Virus record (IMG/VR): IMGVR_UViG_3300011934_000017
Coordinates: 1-64,000 of that record
Direction: 5' to 3' (one strand)
DNA: 64,000 bases
A program made the position numbers and the translations under genes. This document shows positions 1 to 9,270 of this stretch, one piece after another; the first letter of the stretch is position 1, and each line of letters begins with the position of its first letter. The notes under the pieces are model-generated. The model was not told where the DNA came from. It was given only the letters and a program-made list of their open reading frames with translations, and searched no databases.

Positions 1-1
1 T

Positions 2-2650
2 GGTTCTCCGACAATGGGCGAAGGGCAGAGTCAAGACCTTGTACTTGAAGTTACCTATCAAGACGGTACTACTGAGCCACGCACTGCTTTCGAGTGGGCA
101 AGCTCTAACACCGCCGTAGCTACTGTGAATGCTTCCGGCAAAGTGCAGGCAGTTAACAATCTGCTGTCCAATCGTACTCTTATCATTTCAGCCGAGTACA
201 AAGAAAACGGTAAGACGGTAACTGCCAATCTGTCCCTGACTGTGACTGACGACACGAACTATCCTGTGAGTGCTGCTATCAAAGGTCCTGAAACAGTTAA
301 CGAAGATACTACCGTTACGTACACCCTTGAAGTTACCTTCCAAGATAGCTCTAAGGCCGTGCAGCCTGTATCGTCGTTTACTGTCTCTGACTCAGCGCTT
401 GGTACTATCACAAGCGATGGTCGCCTGACAGCGCCAGCTACAGTTTCTTCCAATGTTACTGGTCAAGTTCTTGCTGACTACACGCTAGATGGCACCACTG
501 TTTCGGCTGTTCTGGATATCACTGTTACAGACATTACGGTTTATCCTGCGTCTGCTAACATCATCGGTCCGTCTAACGTCGATGAAGAGTCTTCAACGAC
601 CTACATGTTAGAAGTCACCTTCAGCGATGCTACCAAGCGTAACGTAACGGTCTCTGATTGGGCAAGCAGCGATAACACAGTCGGTGTTATTGGTGCCTCT
701 ACAGGTGTTCTGAATACCCTGACAATCAGCGACGATTCTGCAATTTCGATTTCTGCAAGCTTCACAGAAAACGGCGTCACGGTGTCCGATAGCAAGAACA
801 TCATTGTTTCGGACACCACGAACTATCCAGTTAGCGCTGTTGTTCAAGGCAACAATGTTCTAACAGAAGGTGGGGGTGCAGTTACCTACAGCTTGAACGT
901 TAGCTTTAGTGACGGGCAGTCTCAGATAATGCCTGCTGCGTGGACTCAGACCAACACAAACGCAGGTACGCTAGACGCTTCGACAGGTTCGTTTATTCCC
1001 GCTTCCAACATTGTAGGCGGCGATAAGACAACCAAGATCGAAGGCACGTATACGCTGAACGGACAGACCGTGAAAGCTTCTGTCAACGTTACTGTTGAAG
1101 ATTTGACAGCTTATCCGACTAGCGCTACAATCGTTGGGCCTACAAGTGTAGATGAAGAAACAACGGTTACATACGAACTGCGTGTGGACTTTGATGATTC
1201 TTCTACATTGACCGTTCCAGCTACCGACTTCACTTCCAGTAATCCTGCTGCGGGTACAATCGACTCTGCTACAGGTGAGTTTGTCGCTGCTGTTAACGAT
1301 ACCGGCAGCAACGTATCGACGACGATTTCCGCATCATGGGAAGTTGATGGTGTTGTTCAGACAGGTACGCTGAACGTTGGTGTTGTTGATACCACAGTGT
1401 ACGTTGCTTCTACTCAGATCATTGGCCCAACAACACTCAATGAAGGTGAGTCAGCTACATACACCTTTGAACTAACCTACGATGATGGTATTTCCGCTAT
1501 TGTTGTAGTTCGTGATTGGGCTGTAGACAACACTACTGCGGCGACCATTACACAAGATGGTGAGCTTACCGTAAATAGCATCACTTCTGATCGTAACGTA
1601 ACGATTACAGCTTCTTATACGGACGATAAGGGTGTGCCGCACGGACAGTCTTTGATCGTTGACCTGAAAGACACGATCCTACGTCCTGTGTCGTTGCAAA
1701 TCAACGGTCCTGCGACTTTGCTTGAAGGTAGTCCAGGCACGTACTCTTCCGTCGTTACTTACGACAACGGAAGCACTGCTGGTGCCACTGTGACAGACTG
1801 GGCAATCACGCCCACAAGTCTGGGCAACTTCATTGGAAATGACCTTACTTCCAACGATATTGATGCAGACGAAAGCGGTACTATCACATGTTCCTATACT
1901 GAAAATGGAAGCACTGTATTTGGAACCAAGCCTATCACCGTGGAGCATATCTATCCCGATGGTGCTACGGTAACAGGCGTTGCTACTGTTAGTTCAGATG
2001 AGGTACAGACTTACAAGCTGTCTGTTTCACGTAGTGACGGTTCTAACACAGATGAAGTCGCCGCTTGGTCTATCAATTCTCAGATCGACGTTGATGGAAA
2101 TCCTGTAGTAGCGCCAGCCACCATTGACAGTGCTGGAGTCTTAACTGTTGGTACCGTTACAGAGGACGTTACGATTACCATCGAAGGCACATACGTTGAG
2201 AACGGTGTTACCGTTTCAAACACTCTTGACGTTGCTTTGGTAGTTAGCTTAGTTTCTGCTACCGCTGTGCCTAAGTGGGGCTTTGCAGGTTATGTGACGC
2301 CTGACTTTAACGTTGGCTTCTCTGGTCCACAAGCTTTCATTGACTCTCTTGTTAATGAAATGCCTGATCGTGAAAGCGGTCACACAATCACCTATCAGCT
2401 TGCTGCTGACGAGTATGCGTATTATGCTTGCCCGAAAGACATGGGTGAACCTACGTTTGTAGACATGGCAAGCAGCTTCAGCGGTGGTTGGGATGGGGCT
2501 TCGTGGTTAGATGATTATTCTAATCTGGATAATAAAGGTCCTGTAGAAGTAATGTACGATGCAGGAAATGGACCCGAACCATGGCTTATTTATCGTACCG
2601 ATTGGACGGGTCCGAATAGCAGTCCCGTCAATTTTCGAATTGACTTTTAA
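2..2650 (+). CDS. Ig-like (Big-type) repeat fibre protein with C-terminal WDGA domain; 5'-truncated by the window edge
   Basis: Eight ~95-aa repeats (YPxSAxIxGPxxVxE...YxLEVTFxD), very Thr/Ser/Val rich. The frame is open to position 2 (GSPTMGEG matches the GPxxVxE repeat start), so the ATG at 14 is probably internal. Confidence 0.8.
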   Translation, partial: GSPTMGEGQSQDLVLEVTYQDGTTEPRTAFEWASSNTAVATVNASGKVQAVNNLLSNRTLIISAEYKENGKTVTANLSLTVTDDTNYPVSAAIKGPETVNEDTTVTYTLEVTFQDSSKAVQPVSSFTVSDSALGTITSDGRLTAPATVSSNVTGQVLADYTLDGTTVSAVLDITVTDITVYPASANIIGPSNVDEESSTTYMLEVTFSDATKRNVTVSDWASSDNTVGVIGASTGVLNTLTISDDSAISISASFTENGVTVSDSKNIIVSDTTNYPVSAVVQGNNVLTEGGGAVTYSLNVSFSDGQSQIMPAAWTQTNTNAGTLDASTGSFIPASNIVGGDKTTKIEGTYTLNGQTVKASVNVTVEDLTAYPTSATIVGPTSVDEETTVTYELRVDFDDSSTLTVPATDFTSSNPAAGTIDSATGEFVAAVNDTGSNVSTTISASWEVDGVVQTGTLNVGVVDTTVYVASTQIIGPTTLNEGESATYTFELTYDDGISAIVVVRDWAVDNTTAATITQDGELTVNSITSDRNVTITASYTDDKGVPHGQSLIVDLKDTILRPVSLQINGPATLLEGSPGTYSSVVTYDNGSTAGATVTDWAITPTSLGNFIGNDLTSNDIDADESGTITCSYTENGSTVFGTKPITVEHIYPDGATVTGVATVSSDEVQTYKLSVSRSDGSNTDEVAAWSINSQIDVDGNPVVAPATIDSAGVLTVGTVTEDVTITIEGTYVENGVTVSNTLDVALVVSLVSATAVPKWGFAGYVTPDFNVGFSGPQAFIDSLVNEMPDRESGHTITYQLAADEYAYYACPKDMGEPTFVDMASSFSGGWDGASWLDDYSNLDNKGPVEVMYDAGNGPEPWLIYRTDWTGPNSSPVNFRIDF

Positions 2651-2660
2651 TCAGTAACCT

Positions 2661-2684
2661 AAGGGCGAGTACGCTCGCCCTTTT
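2661..2684 (+). terminator. Rho-independent terminator
   Basis: aagggcgag-TACG-ctcgccctt followed by tt; UNCG tetraloop. Confidence 0.8.
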
Positions 2685-2704
2685 ATCTCAAATGAGGTGT
2701 TAAA

Positions 2705-3415
2705 ATGGCAGTCCCACTTACGTCGTTTCTTTCGAAAGCTAGTCCGGCAATTCCGTTTCTGTTGAAAGACACAGACTTGCGCGGGGGTTATCGCGTTGTG
2801 TCTACAGAAGCCGATCGTGACGCTATCCCTACAGGTGCGAAAGCTCCAGGTATGTTGGTGTTCGTAACAGAAAACTCTACGTTCTTCCAATGGGATGGTG
2901 CAGCATTCCAACCGTTGGACGTTACGTCTATGGTAAATACCGGTACCGGTCTTACTATGGAAGCTGACGCTATCACTGTTGATACTGCACATCTGGATAC
3001 GTTGTACGCCCCGGTGACACACGATCATGATGCCAAGTATGCTGATATCAACCACGATCATGATACCCAGTATTCGGCGTTGACTCACGACCATGATGGT
3101 GATTATGCTCCGGCGACACACGATCATGATGCCAAGTATGCTGATATCAACCACGATCATGATACCCAGTATGCTGATATCAACCACGATCATGATGGTG
3201 ATTATGCTCCGGTAGTACACACGCATGATACCCAGTATGCTGATATCAACCACGATCATGATTCACAATACGCGGCGCTGACCCACTCTCACGCTTTTGC
3301 GAGTCTAACCGAAGTTCCGAAAGTAACAGCTATGCCCGGTGTTACTATTTCTACTTCTGAGCCTGCTCCTACTGACGGTGAAGACGGCGATCTTTGGTTT
3401 GTTATCGCACCTTAA
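2705..3415 (+). CDS. Fibre protein: N-terminal anchor domain, HxH repeats, C-terminal DGDLW motif
   Basis: RBS gaggtg; N-terminus paralogous to 51267..52067; nine HxH motifs; ends STSEPAPTDGEDGDLWFVIAP, a typical fibre-tip motif. Confidence 0.75.
   Translation: MAVPLTSFLSKASPAIPFLLKDTDLRGGYRVVSTEADRDAIPTGAKAPGMLVFVTENSTFFQWDGAAFQPLDVTSMVNTGTGLTMEADAITVDTAHLDTLYAPVTHDHDAKYADINHDHDTQYSALTHDHDGDYAPATHDHDAKYADINHDHDTQYADINHDHDGDYAPVVHTHDTQYADINHDHDSQYAALTHSHAFASLTEVPKVTAMPGVTISTSEPAPTDGEDGDLWFVIAP
3020..3292 (+). repeat. 33-nt tandem repeat (8 units plus a final HSH) encoding H(D/T)HDxxYAxxx
   Basis: cacgatcatgatgccaagtatgctgatatcaac-type units; contiguous and in frame. Confidence 0.95.
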
Positions 3416-3430
3416 TCGTTAGGAGGTTCC

Positions 3431-3979
3431 ATGGCTATTCTTACAAAACATCAAGGTACCATACGGAGTCTGAGTCGAGAAGATGTAGTCTTTAAACAAG
3501 GCGGTACGACAGTGCCGCCGGAACAAGGACTCATTAAAGTCTCCGATGTTTGGTACCCTCTGTTTCCCGCACTATCTCAAGCACATTGGGGTTATGCTCA
3601 ATACGCCGGACCCGATCTGATTGAAAATGGTTATTTGGGTCCTCAATCGTTCATTGAAGAAAATCTGACTTCACGACTTCCAGTTAAAAGTGGTGAAACT
3701 CTTACGTATAATCTGCCGGACGGTCAAACGTATGCGTACTTTGCCCATCCTGTTTCCTTTGGCGTTGCCTTGTTTACTGATCTAACAAGTAGCTTCCAAG
3801 GTTCGTGGGATGGCGCTAAGTGGTTAGATGACTTTTCTAACTTTGATGAAACTGGTCCTATTGAAGTCACTTTCGACGACGGTACTGGTCCTGCACAATG
3901 GTACGTATATCGTACTGATTGGGCGGGTCCTAGTTCTGATCCTTCACCGTTCCAGATTGATTATCCAAATCAACCTTAA
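3431..3979 (+). CDS. Putative fibre-tip/adhesin protein, WDGA domain
   Basis: RBS aggagg; N-terminal K..G...K.GG...GLIK.S..W.PL motif; C-terminal GSWDGAKW...WYVYRTDW domain shared with 2..2650. Confidence 0.7.
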   Translation: MAILTKHQGTIRSLSREDVVFKQGGTTVPPEQGLIKVSDVWYPLFPALSQAHWGYAQYAGPDLIENGYLGPQSFIEENLTSRLPVKSGETLTYNLPDGQTYAYFAHPVSFGVALFTDLTSSFQGSWDGAKWLDDFSNFDETGPIEVTFDDGTGPAQWYVYRTDWAGPSSDPSPFQIDYPNQP

Positions 3980-3983
3980 CGCT

Positions 3984-4013
3984 CAAAAAGCGGCTCTTTT
4001 GGGCCGCTTTTTG
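3984..4013 (+). terminator. Rho-independent (bidirectional-type) terminator
   Basis: caaaaagcggctc-tttt-gggccgctttttg. Confidence 0.8.
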
Positions 4014-4028
4014 TATCTGGAGATAATA

Positions 4029-4628
4029 ATGTCTGTTATAGTAAAAGACAGCGATGCACTTAAAAACATAACGCCTGCCGAATTTAAAATCAAACACTCT
4101 GGAAATGTAGTATCGCCGTTAAAAGGTTTGCTAAAGCACTCTGGAACGTGGCAACCTCTTTGGGCGGATACGTCTACAGAACCTGACGAACCAGCTACAG
4201 ACTCCCCTCTACCTGCAGGTGTTCCTCGTTGGGGAATTGCGCAATTTGCAGACACAGACTTCACAGGCGGCAAAACTGATCCTAACGCTGACGGTCAGCC
4301 CTATCAGCGCTGGACAGGCCCGCAAGACTTCATTGACACCATGTTGCAGACCTATGATTCGTCTTTGACTGTTACGATGGATGTTCCTTTTCCCGACTAC
4401 GGCTACTTTGCTGTTAAAGCGTCTGATGGTCAAGCTACTTTCTTAGATTCTCAGTACGGCTTTCCAGGTGGTTGGGATGGTGCTCAGTGGGAAGATGGTG
4501 GATTTGGTTCAGAAACTGGGCCTATCACAGTGACTTACGATGACGGTTCCGGACCTGCTCCTTGGCTTGTTTATCGCACAGATTTCTCTGGCATAGGCCA
4601 AATGACGTGGAATGTAACTATTGCATGA
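4029..4628 (+). CDS. Putative fibre-tip/adhesin protein, WDGA domain (paralog of 3431..3979)
   Basis: Start moved from 3828 to ATG 4029 (RBS ggag after the terminator); KHSG...KGLLKHSGTWQPL N-terminus; GGWDGAQW...WLVYRTDF C-terminus. Confidence 0.7.
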   Translation: MSVIVKDSDALKNITPAEFKIKHSGNVVSPLKGLLKHSGTWQPLWADTSTEPDEPATDSPLPAGVPRWGIAQFADTDFTGGKTDPNADGQPYQRWTGPQDFIDTMLQTYDSSLTVTMDVPFPDYGYFAVKASDGQATFLDSQYGFPGGWDGAQWEDGGFGSETGPITVTYDDGSGPAPWLVYRTDFSGIGQMTWNVTIA

Positions 4629-4630
4629 GT

Positions 4631-4638
4631 GTAAATAC
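4631..4638 (+). promoter_or_regulatory. Putative late promoter, TAAATA motif
   Basis: gtaaatac in the intergenic gap; resembles the T4 late consensus TATAAATA; recurs in several other gaps. Confidence 0.4.
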
Positions 4639-4687
4639 TATGTAAATCGCGGTGTCTCAAGCCCGCTACTATACCATAGGAGGTATT

Positions 4688-6157
4688 ATGTTTTTTGTTT
4701 CTATTGCGGCAAAAGGAATCGATCCTGAGGCATTTGCGTGGCTAGTTTTTACTCGTTCCACGAAGATGCAACTCAAAGGGTACAATCAACGCCACACTCT
4801 AGTTCTGTCTAAGGGTGATATATTTGGTGTCCGCAGAACCCGCTCAAACACCTACCAGATGGTAAAATCTGATTCTCTCCATGTCCTGTATCGCAACGTG
4901 CCTGCCGAAACATACAATCGTATTCTGAAAAATTGCATTGCATACAAAGGCACTCCTATTACGGAAGAAGAGGTAGAAGATGGCTTTAGTAGGAGTCGGC
5001 GAGTCTCTACCACAGAATCCACTCAGAAGTCCAACAAGCGAACGGATGACTTTTATAAACCGGGTTCTCGCATAATTGAGAAGTACCAGATTGATCAGAA
5101 TAACTATCAGTGGCGCAAGCTGCGAGAAGCTAATATCAAAGTGCTGTCTAAGAAACAAGGCAAGATTAAAGGGCTACTTAACTCTGGCGATGTTATAGGT
5201 CTTCGATACTCTACACCTGCACGCGGTGGTTACGTTCTTCTTGACGGAAACAAACGAATCAACATATCTCATGAAATGTACTCCGAACTTGTTCATGCTT
5301 CCCGAGTGCTTCCTGATTCTCAGCAAAAAGATGATGTGGTCGATCTTGGAAGTGGTTTGTCTGATTCTGAAATAAAAGAAAAGATGCAGGAAGAGGCCAA
5401 AGTTGCCAAAGAGCGAAAAGCCAAGAATGCTCCTGCGCCGGTAGAGGAAGAGCCTATCGAAAAGCTGTATGATATAGGTGATCTTTCAGACGACGAGCTT
5501 CTGGAACAAAATACATTCAAAAAAGACAAACGCAATCGTAATCTACGGCGAATGGTAAGAAAGCTGTTGGAAGTACCGGAACAAGATGTTTGGGTAGACG
5601 AAGATGAAGCTAAAGAAAAGGACTTCGAGGATGAAGAGCTGGAAGATGTAGATGCTGAGTCGGAAGCTCCAGAAGAGTCTGAAGACTTTGAAGACGAAGA
5701 GGATAACGACGATGGACTGGACGATAATCTTTCCGATGACCTTCCTGATGATTCTGATAACGACGATTCTGACGGTGAGTTTGAAGACGAGGAAGACCTT
5801 GAAGATGAAGAAGACCCAGAAGAAGCCGAACGCAAAGAAAGTCGAGTAGTTGAAGAGCTGCAACCTGGAAACATTGTTCAAATCAAGAAAGGAACTAAGC
5901 GGAAGCTTGTTGTTATTGACGCTTCTCCTATGGAAAGGAATGAGAATTTAATAGAGTATATCCTGCATGATCCAACAGCCGACGAAGACGACCAAGACTT
6001 TAGCTTATATAGGCTGCGTCTGAACGTTAATACCACTTTTGCTAAGTTCGAAGAAAGTGCGGACCTTTTGGATGAAACATTCGATGACAAACAGTTAAAA
6101 GCAATACAGGACTCTATGGAATATGCTGACATTAAATCTATCTCTTTCGTCAAATAG
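4688..6157 (+). CDS. Hypothetical (likely virion) protein with beta-barrel-like segments and a long acidic linker
   Basis: Start moved to ATG 4688 (RBS aggagg); long D/E tract. Confidence 0.75.
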   Translation: MFFVSIAAKGIDPEAFAWLVFTRSTKMQLKGYNQRHTLVLSKGDIFGVRRTRSNTYQMVKSDSLHVLYRNVPAETYNRILKNCIAYKGTPITEEEVEDGFSRSRRVSTTESTQKSNKRTDDFYKPGSRIIEKYQIDQNNYQWRKLREANIKVLSKKQGKIKGLLNSGDVIGLRYSTPARGGYVLLDGNKRINISHEMYSELVHASRVLPDSQQKDDVVDLGSGLSDSEIKEKMQEEAKVAKERKAKNAPAPVEEEPIEKLYDIGDLSDDELLEQNTFKKDKRNRNLRRMVRKLLEVPEQDVWVDEDEAKEKDFEDEELEDVDAESEAPEESEDFEDEEDNDDGLDDNLSDDLPDDSDNDDSDGEFEDEEDLEDEEDPEEAERKESRVVEELQPGNIVQIKKGTKRKLVVIDASPMERNENLIEYILHDPTADEDDQDFSLYRLRLNVNTTFAKFEESADLLDETFDDKQLKAIQDSMEYADIKSISFVK

Positions 6158-6167
6158 GAGCGTTGTC

Positions 6168-8144
6168 GTGCCTCCTCGTCCTTCTTGGTTCAATCTACGT
6201 GCGATTAAAAAGAATCCGGCTGACTATGTGCAAGACCTAAATAAAAAAGAGTCGGTTGATCTTGCACAATATATGGATTATCGGTATCATGAAAAGAATA
6301 AGCCTGTCGTCGATGATGAAGTATACGACCTTCTTATCGATCATATCAAAGACAAGTATCCGAAGGCTGCTTACCTAAAGAAAGTCGGACACAAAGTAAC
6401 GACAAAAGGACGCAAAGAGGTCCAGCTTCCTGTTCACATGTCCTCACTGAGTAAGATTAAACCTTCTTCTACAGGGATTGAAAGTCATATACAAGGAAGC
6501 TTGGTCGTATCTGAAAAGCTGGACGGAATTAGTCTGCTGCTTGAATACAAGAACGGTGTTCCTTACGCTTGCTATACGCGGGGAAATGGCGTTCGAGGAC
6601 AAGATGTTTCTGGTGTGCTGTCTGCGCTAGACATTCCAAAACGTGTATCTGTCAAAGCGGAATTTTACGTTCGATGCGAGTTTATTATCAAGCGTAAATC
6701 GTTCACGGACAAACATGCCAGCTCTTCTGGAAAAGGTACGTACAAGACAAGTCGAAACATGGGTGGTGGTCTACTGACACGTAACGAACCTTCTTCTGCC
6801 GTTCGTGACTTTGATGTTGTAGCTTACGAAATACCTAAAGGCAAAGGTGCTGGTAAGCCTATTTCACAACAGCTTGCTGAACTGAAGCGCATGGGCTTTA
6901 GTGTTGTTCGACATAAGAAATATTCTGGTCTTACCGTAGATCGCCTGACTAAGATTCATGACAACGTTCGAGCCAAGTCTCCTTACGATGTTGATGGAAT
7001 TGTGGTAGCTCAAGATAAAGCGTATCGTGTATCGTCCAGTAATCCAAAACACGCGAAAGCATTCAAGGTCAATTCTCTTGAGGCAACCAAAATCGTCAAA
7101 GTGAAAGACATTGTTTGGAAGCGTTCTCGCCACGGCAAATGGATTCCTCGTGTTGTTGTTGATCCTGTTCAACTTGGTGGTGTTTCTGTGACGTCCTTTA
7201 CAGGGCATAGCTACTACTACATTCAAAACGGTTTCCGGTACCAAGATCGTAACAAGCAACTTCCTGTACGCCCGTTAAACGTAGGTGCAGAGATTCGCGT
7301 AGTGAGAAGTGGTGACGTTATTCCGTACATCATGGAAGTCGTTAAACCTGCGCGTAAACCCGCACAGCCTGATGTTGCATTCACGTTAGACAATACAGGC
7401 GTTCACGCTTTAGATATCGTAGAAAAAGGCGCCAAGCTCGACGACACTCAGAAAGTCCAGCGTATTGTCCACTTCTTTAGCGCTATGCAAATGAAAGGTA
7501 TTAAAAGCGGTATTGTGGAAAAGCTTTATGCTTCAGGCTTTAAAACCCTGCGTTCGATTCTACATGCTCCACCAGAAAAGCTTATGAAAGCTGAAGGTAT
7601 CCAACAAAAGACAGCCGAGAACATCGTTAAGACCGTTCAACTAGGTCTTGCTAAGAATGCGACGTTTGCCAATCTGGGTTATGCAAGTTCAATCTTCGGT
7701 GACAAGATAGGTAGAACGAAGCTTCAGGCCACAATCGACGAAATTCCGGATATTGTTCAACTGTCTACGACGCTCAGCCCTCTTCAGCTTCGAGATAGAA
7801 TAGCGGAAGTAGAAGGCATTAAAACTCAGGCTACCATCATTGCGAAACGATTGCCTAAGTTCATTCGCTTCTTGGAGCTTAATCGAATCAAGATCGGAAG
7901 TGAAGTTAAGCAGAAGAAACAAAGCAGCCGACTGGAAGGCATGAAGGTGCTGTTTACTTCCGTTCGTGATGACGACCTGCTTACCGCTATTCAGGCTAAC
8001 GGTGGTCAGAAAGCTAGTTCTGTTAAGTCTGCTACCCATCTTGTTATCAAGCCCGGTGCCTCTAACAAGAAGACAGATGAGGCTGAAGAGCTAGGAATCC
8101 CTATGCTCACCGTCGATGAATTCCGTAAGAAATTTAAACTTTAA
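6168..8144 (+). CDS. ligA: NAD-dependent DNA ligase
   Basis: SEKLDG adenylation motif, TRGNG, DGIVV, AFK, RSGDVIP, HhH repeats, C-terminal BRCT-like domain; GTG start at 6168 with RBS aggag. Confidence 0.93.
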   Translation: MPPRPSWFNLRAIKKNPADYVQDLNKKESVDLAQYMDYRYHEKNKPVVDDEVYDLLIDHIKDKYPKAAYLKKVGHKVTTKGRKEVQLPVHMSSLSKIKPSSTGIESHIQGSLVVSEKLDGISLLLEYKNGVPYACYTRGNGVRGQDVSGVLSALDIPKRVSVKAEFYVRCEFIIKRKSFTDKHASSSGKGTYKTSRNMGGGLLTRNEPSSAVRDFDVVAYEIPKGKGAGKPISQQLAELKRMGFSVVRHKKYSGLTVDRLTKIHDNVRAKSPYDVDGIVVAQDKAYRVSSSNPKHAKAFKVNSLEATKIVKVKDIVWKRSRHGKWIPRVVVDPVQLGGVSVTSFTGHSYYYIQNGFRYQDRNKQLPVRPLNVGAEIRVVRSGDVIPYIMEVVKPARKPAQPDVAFTLDNTGVHALDIVEKGAKLDDTQKVQRIVHFFSAMQMKGIKSGIVEKLYASGFKTLRSILHAPPEKLMKAEGIQQKTAENIVKTVQLGLAKNATFANLGYASSIFGDKIGRTKLQATIDEIPDIVQLSTTLSPLQLRDRIAEVEGIKTQATIIAKRLPKFIRFLELNRIKIGSEVKQKKQSSRLEGMKVLFTSVRDDDLLTAIQANGGQKASSVKSATHLVIKPGASNKKTDEAEELGIPMLTVDEFRKKFKL

Positions 8145-8153
8145 GGAACAATC

Positions 8154-9242
8154 ATGCAACGAATCGCCGTATACGCAATCGCAAAGAACGAAGAAGAACA
8201 TGTGGATCGCTGGATGGAGTCTGCTCGATATGCTGATGGAATCTTCGTTTTAGATACAGGCAGTACCGACTTTACTAACACTTTCTTGCGCCAGCACGGT
8301 GTGAAGGTAATAGAGGCTCTTATTGAGCCTTTTCGCTTTGATGTAGCCCGTAACATGATTCTCAATCAAATAGATTCGGACAAATACGATTATGCTTTGT
8401 TTCTGGACATGGACGAAGTGTTGGAAGAAAACTGGTATTCGAATCTTCAGGAGATACTGCTAGAGCATCCTCACGCTACAGGACTCCACACACGTATGAT
8501 TTACACGGAGAACAGTGACGGTACTCCTGCTGTCACGTACAATCGTCTCATGTGTACCAAGGTAGGCGATTATGAATGGAAATATCCTGTACATGAGGTA
8601 CTTGTAGCGAAAGACGAAGAAAAGGCTAACGAAATTTACTCGGATATTCTGGTCTATCATTATCCCGATGAAGAAAAAAGCCGTTCAAGTTACCTGAATT
8701 TGTTGAAGCTAGGCGCTCGTGAAGAACCTAACGATCCTCGTTGTTCTCAGTATCTAGCACGGGAATACTTTTCTTTAGGTCAACACGAACACGCTATTCA
8801 AGAATATTCGAACCACCTAGCGCTCGAAAGTAACCCTTGGTTTCGATCAGAAAGCTATCGTAATATGGCGCACTGTTACGAACACCTTGGCCACACGTTA
8901 GAATCTAGGAACTGCCATTTGTTTTCTTGCGCCGAAGCTCCTGATATACGCGAGTCCTGGGGAGAAGCCTGTGCGTTCTACTATCGTATGGATAGAATAC
9001 ACTCGGCTTTGAGCTGTATTGAAAACATGTTAGATGTTCAAGAACCTCCTACACACTCCATTATCAGGAATGACGCTTATTACAACTCTTGGCCTCATCA
9101 CATGGCTGCCATTTGTTACGACAGACTAGGAGACGAAGAGAAAGCAAGACAGCATATCCAACTTGCTTTTCAGTTATCTCCAGGGGATCCTGCTATTGCT
9201 TCGGACCTGATGACCATCTGCGATATTCAGGTTCAACCCTAG
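8154..9242 (+). CDS. Family 2 glycosyltransferase with C-terminal TPR repeats
   Basis: IAKNEE...DTGSTD...FDVARN...LDMDE (DxD)...VHE; helical TPR-like C-terminal half. Confidence 0.85.
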   Translation: MQRIAVYAIAKNEEEHVDRWMESARYADGIFVLDTGSTDFTNTFLRQHGVKVIEALIEPFRFDVARNMILNQIDSDKYDYALFLDMDEVLEENWYSNLQEILLEHPHATGLHTRMIYTENSDGTPAVTYNRLMCTKVGDYEWKYPVHEVLVAKDEEKANEIYSDILVYHYPDEEKSRSSYLNLLKLGAREEPNDPRCSQYLAREYFSLGQHEHAIQEYSNHLALESNPWFRSESYRNMAHCYEHLGHTLESRNCHLFSCAEAPDIRESWGEACAFYYRMDRIHSALSCIENMLDVQEPPTHSIIRNDAYYNSWPHHMAAICYDRLGDEEKARQHIQLAFQLSPGDPAIASDLMTICDIQVQP

Positions 9243-9270
9243 TTAAACCATCCTCTCACTAATTTTCATA

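Noticed and set aside
2651-3259. 202-aa antisense ORF (also 5320..5874, 13782..14495, 45434..46105 and similar)
   Set aside because: Shadow frames of repetitive or codon-biased genes on the other strand; no RBS or recognisable motifs.
3020-3292. 33-bp repeats as a CRISPR array
   Set aside because: Units are contiguous with no unique spacers, are in frame within a CDS, and no cas genes are present.
3828-4028. ORF-track 5' extensions (3828, 4652, 6123, 15351, 22587, 45048, 50126, 53238)
   Set aside because: They overlap upstream genes or terminators; downstream starts with good RBSs were used instead.
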